Source: Entomortierella parvispora E1425 (lineage: Eukaryota; Fungi; Mortierellomycota). Taken from it: DNA of 64,000 nucleotides. This document shows positions 12,266 through 24,152 of the stretch, piece after piece (positions within the stretch are counted from its first letter, which is position 1; each line of letters begins with the position of its first letter). Position numbers and translations under genes: made by a program. The stretch covers positions 2,542,001 through 2,606,000 of the forward strand of contig BQFW01000002.1 in NCBI GenBank assembly GCA_020891255.1, read 5' to 3'. The notes beneath the pieces are model-generated. The model ran no database searches, had not been told where the DNA came from, and saw nothing but the letters and a program-made list of their open reading frames with translations.

Positions 12266-14166
12266 CTAATGCTCTCGAGGCAATTCCTGAAGTTTTCTTT
12301 GCGCGTTGGTATCTCCTTGCATGGCCGCTTTGTTCAACCACTCGGCGGCCTGCCGATAATCCAAGGGAACACCGTCTCCTCGCTGATAAAACACGCCAAT
12401 ACTGTATTGAGCCGCTGCGTTTCCTCGTTTGGCCGCTTTTAAATACCATTGCGCCGCCTGCTGATAATCCCGAGGGACACCTAGGCCACGTCGGTACATT
12501 TCACCAATATTGCATTGAGCAACTGCGTCTCCTTGATCAGCAGCTTTCCTATACCAGTCCATGGCCTTCAAGCAATCCTCTGCAACGCCGTTTCCATGCC
12601 GGTACATAGCACCAATGTTGCATTGAGCCACAGCGTGTCCTTGATTAGCAGCCTTCAGGTACCATTCTCTTGCCTGATGATAATCCTGGGAAACACCTTC
12701 TCCACGCCGGTACATCAACCCAACGTTGTATTGAGCCGTAGAGTCTCCCTGATTGGCAGCTTTCATATACCATTCCATTGCCTTTTGATAATCTACAGGA
12801 ACACCATGGCCGTACTGGTATAGCACGCCCAAATTACATTGGGCAACAATGTGTCCTTGATTAGCAGCCTTCAGATACCACTCCAGGGCCATTTGATTAT
12901 CCTCGGGAACGCCACTGCCGCGCTGGTGCATCAGACCAATGTTGTACTGAGCAACAGCGTAGTCTTGCTGGGCCGCTTTGAGATACCACTCCCTGGCTTT
13001 CTGGATATCCTCAGGAACCCCTTTTCCATGTTGGTACATGAGTCCAAGGTTGCACTGCGCTGCGGCATCTCCTTGATGGGCGGCTTTGGAGTACCATTCC
13101 ACGGCCGTTTGGTAATCGACAGGGACACCATTGCCGCGCTGGTACATCACACCAATGTTGCACTGGGCAACTATATGTCCTTGTACAGCGGCTTTCAAAT
13201 ACCATCCCATGGCTTTCTGATAGTCTAGAGCAACCCCTTGTCCACGCCGGTATATTAGGCCTACGTTGCACTGAGCAGCAGCATCCCCTTTGTGGGCAGC
13301 TTTCAAGTACCACTCTGCGGCCTGTTGGTAATCCTGAGGAACTCCATAGCCACGTTGGTACATCAGACCCAGGTTGCACTGGGCCGCAGCATCTTCTCGA
13401 TGGGCAGCCATCAAATACCAGTCGACTGCTTGCTGGTAGTCCTGAGGAACCCCCTGTCCACGTTGATACATCAAACCGATGCTACTCTGAGCAGAGGCGT
13501 GTCCCTGATCTGCAGCCTTCAGATACCACTCGGCCGCCTGTTGATGATCCTGGGGAAGACCTTGACCTCGTTGATACAGCACGCCCATCCGGTTTTGAGC
13601 AGAGGCGTTGCCTTGTTTGGCCGCCTTCAAAAACCACTCTGCTGCCTGCTGGTGATCCTTGGAAACGCCCTCTCCTCGTTGAAACATCACCCCGAGGTTG
13701 TACTGAGCAACAGCGTGCCCTTGCTCTGCAGCTTTTAGAAACCATTCTTGGGCCGTGGAGTAGCTCTGTGCCACGCCTTTGCCCTCACGGTACAAGACCC
13801 CGACACTGTTCTGGGCAGAGGCTTTTCCTTGAACGGCGGCCTTCATAAAGCACTCGAAGGCGCTGGCGAGCTGCTGCTCACTGTTGATAGCCCTGGCGCC
13901 TGCTCTGTTCTGAGCCGTTGGACTCTCTTCATCTATACCGTCTAAACTAGGAACCACGGCGGTTTCATGGTCAAAGGAGTGGGACATTCTTGTTAAAAAG
14001 GATGCAAATGACTGACACAGGGTGGGACTGCCCGTCTTGCTCTTTACCTGAGTCCATCCAACTCGTGTGTTAAATCGGCGTAGGCTGGTGGAGTCTTTTC
14101 AAAAAAGTTGCGGAATCCGATGTTATTGTGGACTCGATCCGGAGTGGTAACAGGGGTAATTGGCAT
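12266..14166 (-). CDS. Sel1-like repeat protein A (599 aa; 14 Sel1 repeats; N-terminal PPAY motif; 2 exons 14166-14048, 13946-12266)
   Basis: There are 14 36-aa units of the pattern AQxNLGxMYxxGxGVxxDYxxAxEWYLKAAxQG. Upstream exon MPITPVTTPDRVHNNIGFRNFFEKTPPAYADLTHELDGLS joins through a phase-2 GT-AG intron (14047-13947). The ORF-track start at 13987 lies inside that intron. Confidence 0.9.
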
Positions 14167-14613
14167 AGCTGTGTCACCGCTGAGTAGAGGGGAGGGCGCT
14201 TAGCAAGTGTTGTTGTCTTTGCGAGGGGAAAAAAGGGCTTGGAGGTAGATGAAAGAAAAATAAGCAGAAGAAAAAGAGAGAGAGAGCAGGAGGGAGAGAG
14301 AGAGCTGAGAAAATGCGTCCACCCTGCTGAGGGACTTTGCCACTCCCTCTTGGGTTCCACCAAAAAAAAGTCATTTGAGAAAAATGAACTCTGCACAGCC
14401 CAGTTGGACCCTGATCTCTCTGAAGTTCAAAGAACTCCCATCACAGACTCCTCTGATCTCAGTATGGGGCCGTCAACTTTTGCTTTAAAAAACTGTCATT
14501 TTGACCGTGTTCACCTTGTTGAACTATCGAAATCCCTGTGCGAGAATCACATGGATTCTGGGGTTCAAGGAAGAGTCGTAGCACTGTTATTTTCTTAAAG
14601 TCCAACATATCAT

Positions 14614-15926
14614 CTACGAATGTTTAGACAACTCTTCAAGCGATTTAATGGCGCAGTCATCTCCTTGCTCGGCAGCCTTCAAGTACCAGTCTCTCGCCTT
14701 TTCTAGGTCTACGGGGACGCCATGGCCGTGCTGGTACATAATGCCTAGGCTGCACTGAGACGAAACTTGTCCTTGGTTGGCAGATTTTGTATGCCACTCC
14801 ATGGCCTTAGGGTAGTCCACCGGAACATCTTTGCCCAGATGGAACATGGCGCCGACGAAAAACTGCGCGTCGACGTGTCCTTGGTGGGCGGCCTTCAGAT
14901 ACCACTTCATGGCTTTCTGAAAATCCTTGGGTGGGCCATTGCCAGTACGATACAACTCACCCATGATATATTCAGCGTCTGCGTACCCTTGACAAGCGGC
15001 CTTTGTAAACCATCCCATGGCTTTCAAGTAATCCTGTGGGACACCCTTGCCATTTTGGTAACACGACCCAATGTTGTACTGAGCAGTGGCATCTCCTTGG
15101 CGGGCGGCCTTCAAATACCACTCCATGGCCTTTTGGTAGTTTTGTTCGACACCTTGGCCTTGGTTGTACATCAGACCTATGCTACACAGAGAGGAGACAT
15201 GACCTTGGTCGGCAGCTTTCAAAAACCACTGCATGGCTTTCGGGTAGTCCTGAAGAGCTCCTTGCTCTTGACAGTAAAGAAGGCCTAGGTTGAACTGAGC
15301 GGTCACGTTCCCTTGCATGGCGGCTTTCAAATACCACTCTGCGGCCTTCTGATCGTCCTGAGGAACGCCCTTCCCTCGAGAGCATAAAACCCCCATCTTG
15401 AACTGAGCAGCATTGCTTCCTTGGTCCGTCGCTTTCAAAAACCACTCGACCGCTTGGTGGAGGTCCAGGGGAACACCTTGGCCGTTCTCATGCAAAAGAC
15501 CTAGGTTGAACTCGGCGTCGACATAGCCTTGGTCAGCTGCTTTCAAAAACCATTCTTTGGCCATCGAATAGCTTTGCTGGACGCCCTTGCCCTCACGATA
15601 CAAGACACCGAGACTGTTCTGGGCATAGGCGCTTCCTTGACTGGCGCCCTTCTTGAACCACTCTGCAGCATCGGCGTACAACTTTTCAGCATTCTCGCCT
15701 TTGGGACCCACGCTGTTCTCGGATAGATCCCCTTCCACCAGGTCATTGAAACTAAAAAGTCGGCTCGTAGCGTTAAAACCGATCACGGTTGCAGAGTTGA
15801 GATAGTTTTTGTTTATTACCTGAGTTCATCCACCTGGACTACTATATCATTGTATGCTGGCGGACCCTTTTCACTCATGGCACTGAAGTCGACATTTCGG
15901 GTTTGGTTCGGAGTTGGAAGAGGCAT
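14614..15926 (-). CDS. Sel1-like repeat protein B (414 aa; 9 Sel1 repeats; N-terminal PPAY motif; 2 exons 15926-15820, 15751-14614)
   Basis: Nine Sel1 units. Exon 1 MPLPTPNQTRNVDFSAMSEKGPPAYNDIVVQVDELS joins by a phase-2 GT-AG intron (15819-15752) at the same position as in paralog A. The first repeat AQNSLGVLYREGKGVQQSYSMAKEWFLKAA closely matches that of A. Confidence 0.9.
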
Positions 15927-16287
15927 GACGGTATCGTCGGCGGTGGTGATGGGAGGGTCGATCTGCGGTTTTAGGTAATCTGTGAAGAGAGGATAGCCAA
16001 GAAGTGAGAAGGGACGAAGGAGTGAAAGAGGGCGAGGTAGATGCCTCCAACGGCGAGAACAACAAAGTTTTCTCATCTATCTTCTGGTTCCACAAAGAAA
16101 ATTTCAGGGGGAACAGACCCAAAAAAAAAAAAAAAAAAGGTGGGCACATCCACCATGTCCATGGTGCCGCATCCTTCTTCCTAGGATCGACTGTTTTGAA
16201 AACCCCTCCCCACACAGTCATGTTCAAAAGTCCGGATCCTTTTTTTAATGATGTTTGTTGTATTAAAGAGAATGACCTAGATACTAC

Positions 16288-19200
16288 CTATCTGCTCTCA
16301 ATGACTTGTGTGTCCCGGTTCAGTTGATCCTTTAACGCCTCCAGACCTTGGAGCACGACTGGCAACGCCTCTTCTGGGCTCAAGATCGGGATTGCCTGTC
16401 GTAATTCTACAGACTGCTGATGATGGTGCTGCTGTTGCTGTTGTTGTTGCTGCTGTGATGAATGCTGATAAGGGTGCATTCTTGTCTTGAGTTTCCGTGC
16501 CAGATACTCTTGCGAATGGTGTGGCTTGGGAAACGAGATCACATCCAGTGGTGGACTAGCAAACCAGAGGACCTCTCCCTTGTCGTTGTGAGCAAAGAGA
16601 TCTACCGTCTTGGGTGGCAGCAGCTTGGGGATATTGTCCTTGATGGACGTAATCCTGCCATGATCAGCATTGTTCATATGCACGTTCATTCCCATGCCCG
16701 TCAATCCCAGTCCTGTCTGAGCTGCTGCTGCAGGTGTTCCAGGAGCGACAACAGGGGCAGAGGCTGAGCTTGGGGGAGGCATGTGCGCCCCTTCTAGAAT
16801 TGCGCCTCCGCCAACAGATCCGGTCGAGTTGGTCCGTACATGTTGATGGTTTGCGAATGAAGGAACAGGTGAACCCAACGCTGGAGGTAGGGATGCTGCC
16901 ATCGGTGCCTGTTGCTGTGGCTGTTGTTGCTGTTGGGATGGTTGTTGCTGGTGAGGAACAGGTGCTGCAGCGACAGAAACTCCTGGATGGGGTGGCGTCG
17001 ACATGGCCATTGGAATCGGCTTCTGGAAGGGCTGGGCTGATCCTACTGAAACGGCCATGTTACCGTTCTGAGGCTGATAGGGTGGTGAAGACACCTGGGC
17101 CACCAAGGGCGGTTGTTGCTGTTGCAACTGAAGCTGAGCCATATTCTTTTGTTGCTGCTGAAGGGCTTGCTGTTGAATAGCCTGCTGCTGAGCTAATTGT
17201 TGCTGCTGGTGGAGAGCTTGAGCCTGTGCAGCCTGTGTCTGGGCCTGGGTATGAGCCGCAATTTGTGCCTGCTGCTGCGCCTGCTGCTGTGCCTGCTGCT
17301 GTGCCTGCTGCTGTGCCTGCTGCTGTGCCTGCTGCTGCTGTTGCTGCTTCGCCAAGTTGGCAGCCTGTTGCATCGCCAAATGCTGCTGCTGCTGCTGAGC
17401 TTGCAGTAGCTGTTGTTGTTGCAGTTGTTGCTGCTGTTGCTGCTGCTGCTGTTGTTGGACTTGCTGCTGCTGTTGTTGTTGGACCTGTTGTTGCTGCTGT
17501 TGTTGGTGCTGAGCGAGCTGTTGTTGTTGTGCCAGTTGCTGTTGCAAATGAGGGGACTGTCCTGGGTAAACCTGACCATACTGTTGTGCCTGCTGATGTT
17601 GTTGCTGCTGAAGGAGGGCAAGTTGCTGTGGTGAAAACGACGCTGGGGGATATTGCGCCTGATGTTGAGGTGTAGGTGGTCCTTGTTGGTAACCTTGCGG
17701 CTGGAATCCTGGCTGCTGAAATGGAGAAGGCTGGCCAAACTGCTGCTGTGGTTGTTGTTGTTGCTGAGGGTACTGTGCATGCTGCTGTGGATAGCCTGGG
17801 CTGAATTGAGCACCAAATCCAGGAGCACCTTGAGGGTATGCGGGAGGTCGTTGCTGGCCAAGTTGTCCGGGCTGGGGGCTTGGACTATAAGGCTGTTGAT
17901 AAATCCCGCGCTGCTGCTGTTGTTGCTGTTGTTGCATGTGATGCATGGCCTGGGGGTGCTGCTGGGGTGCGTATGGTGAGTTGGGCTGCATGGGCTGCAT
18001 GATCTGACCAGGCATGCCCGGCATACCTGGCATGCCAGGTCGAGGAGGAACACCATATTGACCTGCAGGATTGAACTGATTATAAGCAGCTTGTGGGTGG
18101 CCCGAGTGACCCATTTGTGGCTGAGCACCAGGCCCTTGAGGTACTGCTTGCTGTGCAGGCAGAGTTGTTTCAGGGAGGGGCTTTTTCCTGGGTCGTCCAC
18201 GCTTCATTGCTGGCGGCGCGGGTGCCTGCTGTAGGATGGCGTGCTCATTAGCAACGTGGCGTTGGAGACCTGACTGGTCTGGAAACACACTGTTGCAAGA
18301 GAAAAAAAGGTCAATCAGTGAAATTGAGGCATACAAACAACAAGACGAGATACAACGAAATTAAGTAGCATACGCTGAACATTGAAGGCCGGTGGAAAGA
18401 CTGGCGTAATGGCAGCGGAGCCAGTGTTGAGGAGGAGGAAGCTGTCCAGGAGGGGGCTTTGTCATGGGTGGTGAGCCAGGGTGTTGCTGGATCGAGTTGC
18501 GCGCTGGTACACTGGGTGTCAACTGGGGTGTGATGGATCGTGAATGGCCTTCGCCGTTATCCTGCTTGCCAGCCTTATCGACCATGGAGGCACTAGGGAG
18601 ACGTTTAAGAACAAGCGGCTCGGGGAAAAGATTGAACTTGATGTCGCCGGGCTTATGACCGGGGGGTAGACAGCTCGCCCAGTTCTTGATCTTGGAGACT
18701 GTCTTGTATGTCTCGCTATATCGCTGCTCGCACAAATAAATACTCTGCCCTTGCTTCCATTCTACAGGTCGACCGCGGACAAAATCCCTAGTGTAGAGCA
18801 CAAAACATTTCTCGATGATCTCGTCCACCAGGTGCTCGTGGGATGCCGATGCCTTCAAAACTTCAGAGGGGTAAAATCGGCTGGCGTAAGGGTGAACGAT
18901 TTGGTCTGGTCGCAAGAACCAGGTAGCATCCAGTCCAGTGTGTCCACTATAATAAAAAAGAGCTACAGTCAGAATACAGTTCGCGTTTGAACTTGACTCT
19001 CATCCAAAGTAGCAGTTCCTTACTTTTCATCCTCCCAGAGACTAAAAATCAGGGCAATAATGGGCTTGGAAGGGTCATTGACATTCCGAAGGTGCACAAA
19101 ATCACCTAATATGAATTACGATCCAAAAATTTGAGTACGGCGCATTTTTCAAAACACCCAATCCAATGAAAACGAACCAGCGTCCAACTTACCAACACTG

Positions 19201-20757
19201 TAGGTAACGCCCCGCTGTACAATTTGTTGCATTTCCCTGACATGCCTCCTTGCGTTCTTGTTCTTTGGGTGCTCCCGAGCATCCTTGCCAATCTCTTTCC
19301 AGAAAAGCTCCTGTGGATCCACGGAAGAGATGGGTCAGAAAATGATTGCATGCGTGGTATTTGAATATGTGAAAAGCCCAAAGTTCCTTTACCTGCAAGT
19401 CTTCCGCATCCAAATAGACATCTGATCCTTCAGCATTGTATTGTTTTGCGTTTTCAAACATGAGTTCGAAATCATCCTCGAAGCTTTCTAGTGTGGTGTA
19501 TGCTCCTTGGCTGATTTTCCTCTTGATCATATCCAAGGCAATGGGTCGAGCAATCTAGAAAAGGAAAGGAGAGAGGCTGTTAATACAAGCCCAAGTCTTT
19601 GATCTCATGGTTTTGAATACTGAGTACACAAAACATAAAAGTTACCTCAACATAGTAATCAGGATACTCTTCCTGACTGGGCAATTCGAGGAAAAGGTCT
19701 GCAACTAACCGACCACTGTTGAAGATAGAGGCAATCAAAGATCAGACCATGTGTGCACCAGGTAGTTAAATGAAATGCAGAAAAACAGGTCCCTTTGCAT
19801 TATTTACCTTTCATCTTTGTGGTTCTTGATCGTCTTCAGCACACGGTTACAAAACTCTGGAGAGAACTATGATGTTTATCATAAGACGTCGTTAGATCCT
19901 GCAAGGGGCTGATAATTTCCCAAATGCTGGTACAAGTGTAAATCCTTGCCTGTTCCTGTTCTTCCTGAGCTGGTGAGGCGCCTTCTTCTAGCACTTTTTG
20001 AATGACAGGGATATAATTCTGTGGGTCGAAATGATAAAAAGGGTAACCCCGGGTCAGTAAACGGTGTCTTGGTTTGATGCACATGATCACCTGTCTGTCC
20101 TTGGCCACCTCGGGACAACGAATAAAAGGGGTTCGCGGCGGGGAGGGGGGAGGGGGGGAGAAGAGAGAGAGGTAACAAGGCGTTTTGACGAGCAGTAGTG
20201 CATTCGTGGAGCAAGAGTCGATTCTGCTTACCTCCAACGTTGTTGCATCCTTATGGATAGGGGACCCTTTCCGATTGTACTCCTTTGCGTTGGCAGTCAA
20301 CGTCCTCAGATCTTTGGTGAATTGTCCAATCCGCTCCTTATCATATGCTCCTGCCTTGAGACGATTCTAGGGAAACAAAAGACACGGCGTTGACATAAGC
20401 GACTGTTGACTCCAAATGCGCGGCATTATAGAAAATAATGAGGCGAAGCTTACTCTCATGATATCAAAGGCGATCGGATTCTTGATCATCATGTAGTAAT
20501 CTGGGTACTCGGATCTATCTGGCAACTCCATGAATAGCTCGGATATAAGACGTCCACTAAGAGATGCAAGGGAGGCATGGGTCAGAATCACAGACCGAAT
20601 TAAGCCATGGCGCGCCTTTGTCGTGCCCATTGACAAAACTGTACCTCTTGTCAGCCAAATTTTCCAATCGGTCAAGAATGACGGACATGGCCTCCTTCTT
20701 GTTGGCGAGCGGGAGTCCATCGGTTACTGAGCCCGAACCCTCTTGCTTTCGAGGCAT
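16288..20757 (-). CDS. RSC1: RSC1/RSC2 (polybromo-like) chromatin-remodelling subunit: 2 bromodomains, BAH, C2H2 finger, AT-hook, polyQ
   Basis: Bromodomain 1: GRLISELFMELPDRSEYPDYYMMIKNPIAFD...NAKEYN. Bromodomain 2: LFLELPSQEEYPDYY...IALDMI...FENAKQYNAEGSDVY. BAH: GDFVHLRNVNDPSKPIIALIFSLWED...WFLRPDQIVH...LCEQRY. Spliced C2H2 finger CHYASLSTGLQCSAVFPDQSGLQRHVANEH. AT-hook KRGRPRKK. Confidence 0.88.
17150..17560 (-). repeat. CAG/CAA polyglutamine tracts and a 12-nt (QQQA)n repeat inside the RSC1-like CDS
   Basis: Runs of ctg/ttg on the + strand, with about five gcctgctgctgt units near 17265-17340. Confidence 0.9.
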
Positions 20758-21971
20758 GTTGTGTGGTCTAGAAAGATAAAAGGTGTGCAATGGAGTGAGT
20801 GAAAACGGTGTGCCAGCTGAACGTGCGATGGGTGGGCTGACTGCGTCAAAGTCAAGGAAGGGGAGAGGGAAACCACGGGCTGATTCCCCCTGAGCGAATG
20901 GTCAAAGAGAGGGGGAAAGGGGCAAGGGCGAGGCGTGTAGCGTGGTGTTGGAGACGATGACAAGGACGCGTCTGGGCAAGTAGATCGCTGGTGGCGCGCA
21001 AGGTCTTGCTTTTGTGGTGCAGCTTGTTGATTTGTCTGTGCGCCATTGACCGTCGCATGTGATGAGAGCGCGCGGGGAGCATCCTGGACGAGTGACAGCG
21101 TGATTGCCCATCTGATTTGTTTCATTGTGTTGTTCATCCTTACAGGTGCAGGGGGACGTAGAATGCAGCGGTGATGGAGAGTGATGGGCGTTAGACAATA
21201 ATGGGTGACAAGACGGACAGCCTTGAAGGATCTCGCTTCTGGACGTCCAGAGTTGGGATGTTGCACGTGACTGGATATTGGGTCACTGGATGTCGCTGTC
21301 GCATTTGCTGCATCTCGTCTTCATTCAGGTCGCGTGAAGCGCGTCTGAAAGACACTGTCTTTGCTTCTCTCACAGCATAACCGGCTTACATGTTCACATG
21401 GAATATGGCTCTGGAGGCCTGGGTCACCAGATGGGGGGTGTATACGATCCGTCCACTTGAGCTGTTATGAACACAAATGGTTGATTTATTTATCACTCTT
21501 CGATTGTGCCATGACCCCAACACAGACAACAAGAACAATGATCCTTGAGCTCGTACCCCTACACTCACTGTTAGACCAATTGTAGAAGAGTTGTATCGAG
21601 CAATTAGATACAAAAGTGAGAGTGCGATGGAGGCCCGTGAGTTGCAGACGACATTCAATATCGCCCGTTCCGCTGCAGCCCCTCAAGCACTAAACACAAA
21701 AACAATCTGGAAATATTGAGATCGCAACACGTTGACAAGCTTTGCACGCACCACCCCGAGCAGACGCAATGGCCAATTTTGATGAACTATGCTGGCGGGA
21801 GGGAAGAAGGGCACAAACAAAAGGCGAAGCACATCAAGGAGCTTTGCCATACCCTTTTTTTCTTTTTGTCTTTTCTCTGGCCTTTACATTCTTTCTTCTT
21901 GACCCGTCCACTCTTACCCTACTTTCTCTTTGTCGCTACTTTAATACCCTAATACCTAATAAGCCGCAAAC

Positions 21972-22688
21972 ATGGCCTTCGCAAGAATCCTCCTCGTTAG
22001 GCTACGCGTCTTGGTCCTGGTCCTGGCATACCTCAACCTGGTGGCGCTGGCTGTCAACCGCATTCTATACATCCGCAACGCTTCAAATAAGATATATATC
22101 CATCTCAGTTGGCAGGACTGGACAGAAATAGGATGCTCGTTAATTCTCGCCGTGACCTCACTGTATGGGGTCATTGGACCAACGACAACTTGGAGCTGGA
22201 GACTGAGGTACCTTCGTGCACTTTTCATGTTTGGAATGGCTGTTCTGCTCCTCTGTATCAGCGCTCTGCGTCTCCATGATCAGCTTGAGACGAGTCGACA
22301 ACCCGGCTATCAACAGCAATTCGGCACAACCAACCCGTTTTTCTGCGACCCTGTGAACGGGAACCGAGGACAGTGCTACTCTTACTGGATAAACCTCTTT
22401 TTGTCACTCTTCCTCGGCATACTCCTGGTTCCAGAGGTTTTCCTGAGTTTGGTCTGCGCAGGCGAGCTTCCAGCGTTCAAAATAATGGATGATGTCGAGA
22501 TGGCCCGTTCCCTGTCAAGGGTGGGTCCTTCGTCTTCTCCTGACCCATCGCCAGTACACGAATATCATGTCCAACATGTTTCTCATGCCCGACATGCTTC
22601 TCATGCCCGACATGTTTCTCATGAACCTGACCTGCGAGTGATGTATGGACGCCATTCAGTCGTTTCCTCGGAAGACAGCCCAACATAA
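21972..22688 (+). CDS. Uncharacterised 238-aa, about 4-TM membrane protein (MARVEL-like topology), intronless
   Basis: Single ORF with four hydrophobic segments, a Cys pair in the last loop (FCDPVNGNRGQCYSYW) and a His-rich tail. Confidence 0.7.
   Translation: MAFARILLVRLRVLVLVLAYLNLVALAVNRILYIRNASNKIYIHLSWQDWTEIGCSLILAVTSLYGVIGPTTTWSWRLRYLRALFMFGMAVLLLCISALRLHDQLETSRQPGYQQQFGTTNPFFCDPVNGNRGQCYSYWINLFLSLFLGILLVPEVFLSLVCAGELPAFKIMDDVEMARSLSRVGPSSSPDPSPVHEYHVQHVSHARHASHARHVSHEPDLRVMYGRHSVVSSEDSPT
22575..22624 (+). repeat. 18-nt coding tandem repeat (HVSHAR-HASHAR-HVSHE)
   Basis: Reads catgtttctcatgcccga catgcttctcatgcccga catgtttctcatga. Confidence 0.9.
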
Positions 22689-23035
22689 AGCTCCTAGATT
22701 TATCCAGTCACTTTTCCTATAGATTTTTTGCATATTTTTGGAGACTTTCGCTCCTTGTATCTAAGATGGGTGGCAGGTTCAACTCTTGGTGGACAAGATA
22801 TTTATTAATGTACATGTGCAATTTGCTGCATACAGGTTCAATTCTCATTGCACAAAGAAAAGAGAAAAAAAAAGTTTTTTTTTGTTTTTGTTTTGTTTTT
22901 TTTAGTGATTGTACCCATGCATATGGGGCATCAGAAAGAGAAAGAAAAGTATTTGGCAATAGGGGGGGAACGGATGCCTTTGACACTTGCAAACATAGAC
23001 GATCGGTCGGATGCCCGGTACTTTACAAAGTCTCT

Positions 23036-23692
23036 TTAAGCCTTGGCACGACGGAGCTTCTCAAAGTGAGCCTCCAGGGGACCCTTCTCGCTCAAGTACT
23101 TGACATAGCAACCATCGGGCTGAAGGCGACCAGCGGAGCGCTCGATCATGTAATCCTCACGCGACAACTTGGTGAAGCCCCACTTCTTGGAGACAATAAT
23201 CTTTTGGCGACCGGCAAACTTGAACTTTGCACGGCGAAGGGACTCGATGACGACGGCCTTGTTGGCATCCTTGGTACGGACCGAGAAGATGACCTGACCA
23301 ATGTTGACACGAGCAGCAGTCGAATAAGGCTTACCCCAGGCACCACGCATTCCGGTCTGAAGACGATCAGCACCGGCACAGGACAACATCTTGTTGATAC
23401 GGAGGACGTGGAAGGGGTGGAGGCGAACACGCATATGGAAGGAATCCTTGCCGGACATCTTGGAGATGTACTTGTTGCAGCAGATACGACCGGCCTCCAG
23501 GGCCTCGGACGAGATCTGTTGCTTCTCGTCACAGAGCAAGTGGACGCAGAGGGGGAACTCGTCGACACCGGCCTTCTTACGACCAAGGTCGTAGATACGA
23601 ATCTTTGGGTCGGGGACACCACGGCAGAAACGTGACTTGGGATAAGCCTTGTTCTTTTGGTATCTGTAACAGCGAGCGGGACGGCGACCCAT
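23036..23692 (-). CDS. RPL10: 60S ribosomal protein L10 (uL16), 218 aa, intronless
   Basis: [37 protein letters not shown]...[24 protein letters not shown]. The true ATG is at 23692, inside the longer ORF-track call. Confidence 0.98.
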   Translation of the reverse strand: MGRRPARCYRYQKNKAYPKSRFCRGVPDPKIRIYDLGRKKAGVDEFPLCVHLLCDEKQQISSEALEAGRICCNKYISKMSGKDSFHMRVRLHPFHVLRINKMLSCAGADRLQTGMRGAWGKPYSTAARVNIGQVIFSVRTKDANKAVVIESLRRAKFKFAGRQKIIVSKKWGFTKLSREDYMIERSAGRLQPDGCYVKYLSEKGPLEAHFEKLRRAKA

Positions 23693-24152
23693 TGTGGATG
23701 GATGGATGGGATGAGTGGTGGTGGGAAAGGGGATGGATGAATGAGAAAGAAAAGAAAGATGAGAGCCAACAGACGGAAGAGGGATATGATATGGGAGGGA
23801 AGGGGACAGTGCGCTGACTGGGAGAGGAAGGGGAAGGGCGCTTCTTTTTGCTGGCACGTCTTTTATGAGGTCTCTCTCCCTGACAAATTTCAGCAACCCA
23901 CATTACTAATGGTCACGTGCACAGTCACGTACTGCGGCAGTGGTCGGTTCATTACGGGTTTCTTGCCCAAATTCGCTTCTCGCTCTGCTGTGCAGTGCGG
24001 GCGGGTTGGTGTATCCTTCCAAAGAGTGCCATCCATCCTGGATAGCATTCGTCATCACCGCGTAAATCTCTTTTGGCGACAGAATCGGCTTTTTTTATCA
24101 TTCATCATACTCCTTTCTTAACTCTCTCCATCCACAGGCAACATCACCAGCA

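Noticed and set aside
12515-15726. Multiple + strand ORFs over the Sel1 genes
   Set aside because: These are antisense shadows of the repetitive coding sequence and have no independent motifs.
12266-15760. 108-nt periodic repeats that could be mistaken for a CRISPR-like array or recent bacterial DNA
   Set aside because: They are coding Sel1 units in one open frame with no repeat-spacer structure. Both genes carry a conserved spliceosomal intron, so this is not a recent bacterial insertion. An ancient horizontal origin cannot be judged here.
16308-18200. Long alternative-frame and antisense ORFs (poly-L, poly-A/V, poly-N/S) over the RSC1-like tail
   Set aside because: These are frame shadows of CAG/CAA repeats.
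22766-23635. 289-aa ORF antisense to RPL10
   Set aside because: This is the typical stop-free opposite frame of a strongly codon-biased, highly expressed gene. Its N-terminal part is low-complexity UTR sequence.
23036-23692. Intronless RPL10 as a possible retrocopy
   Set aside because: The ORF is intact and strongly codon-biased, with a normal pyrimidine-rich leader and no poly(A) remnant or target-site duplication. RPL10 is intronless in several fungi.
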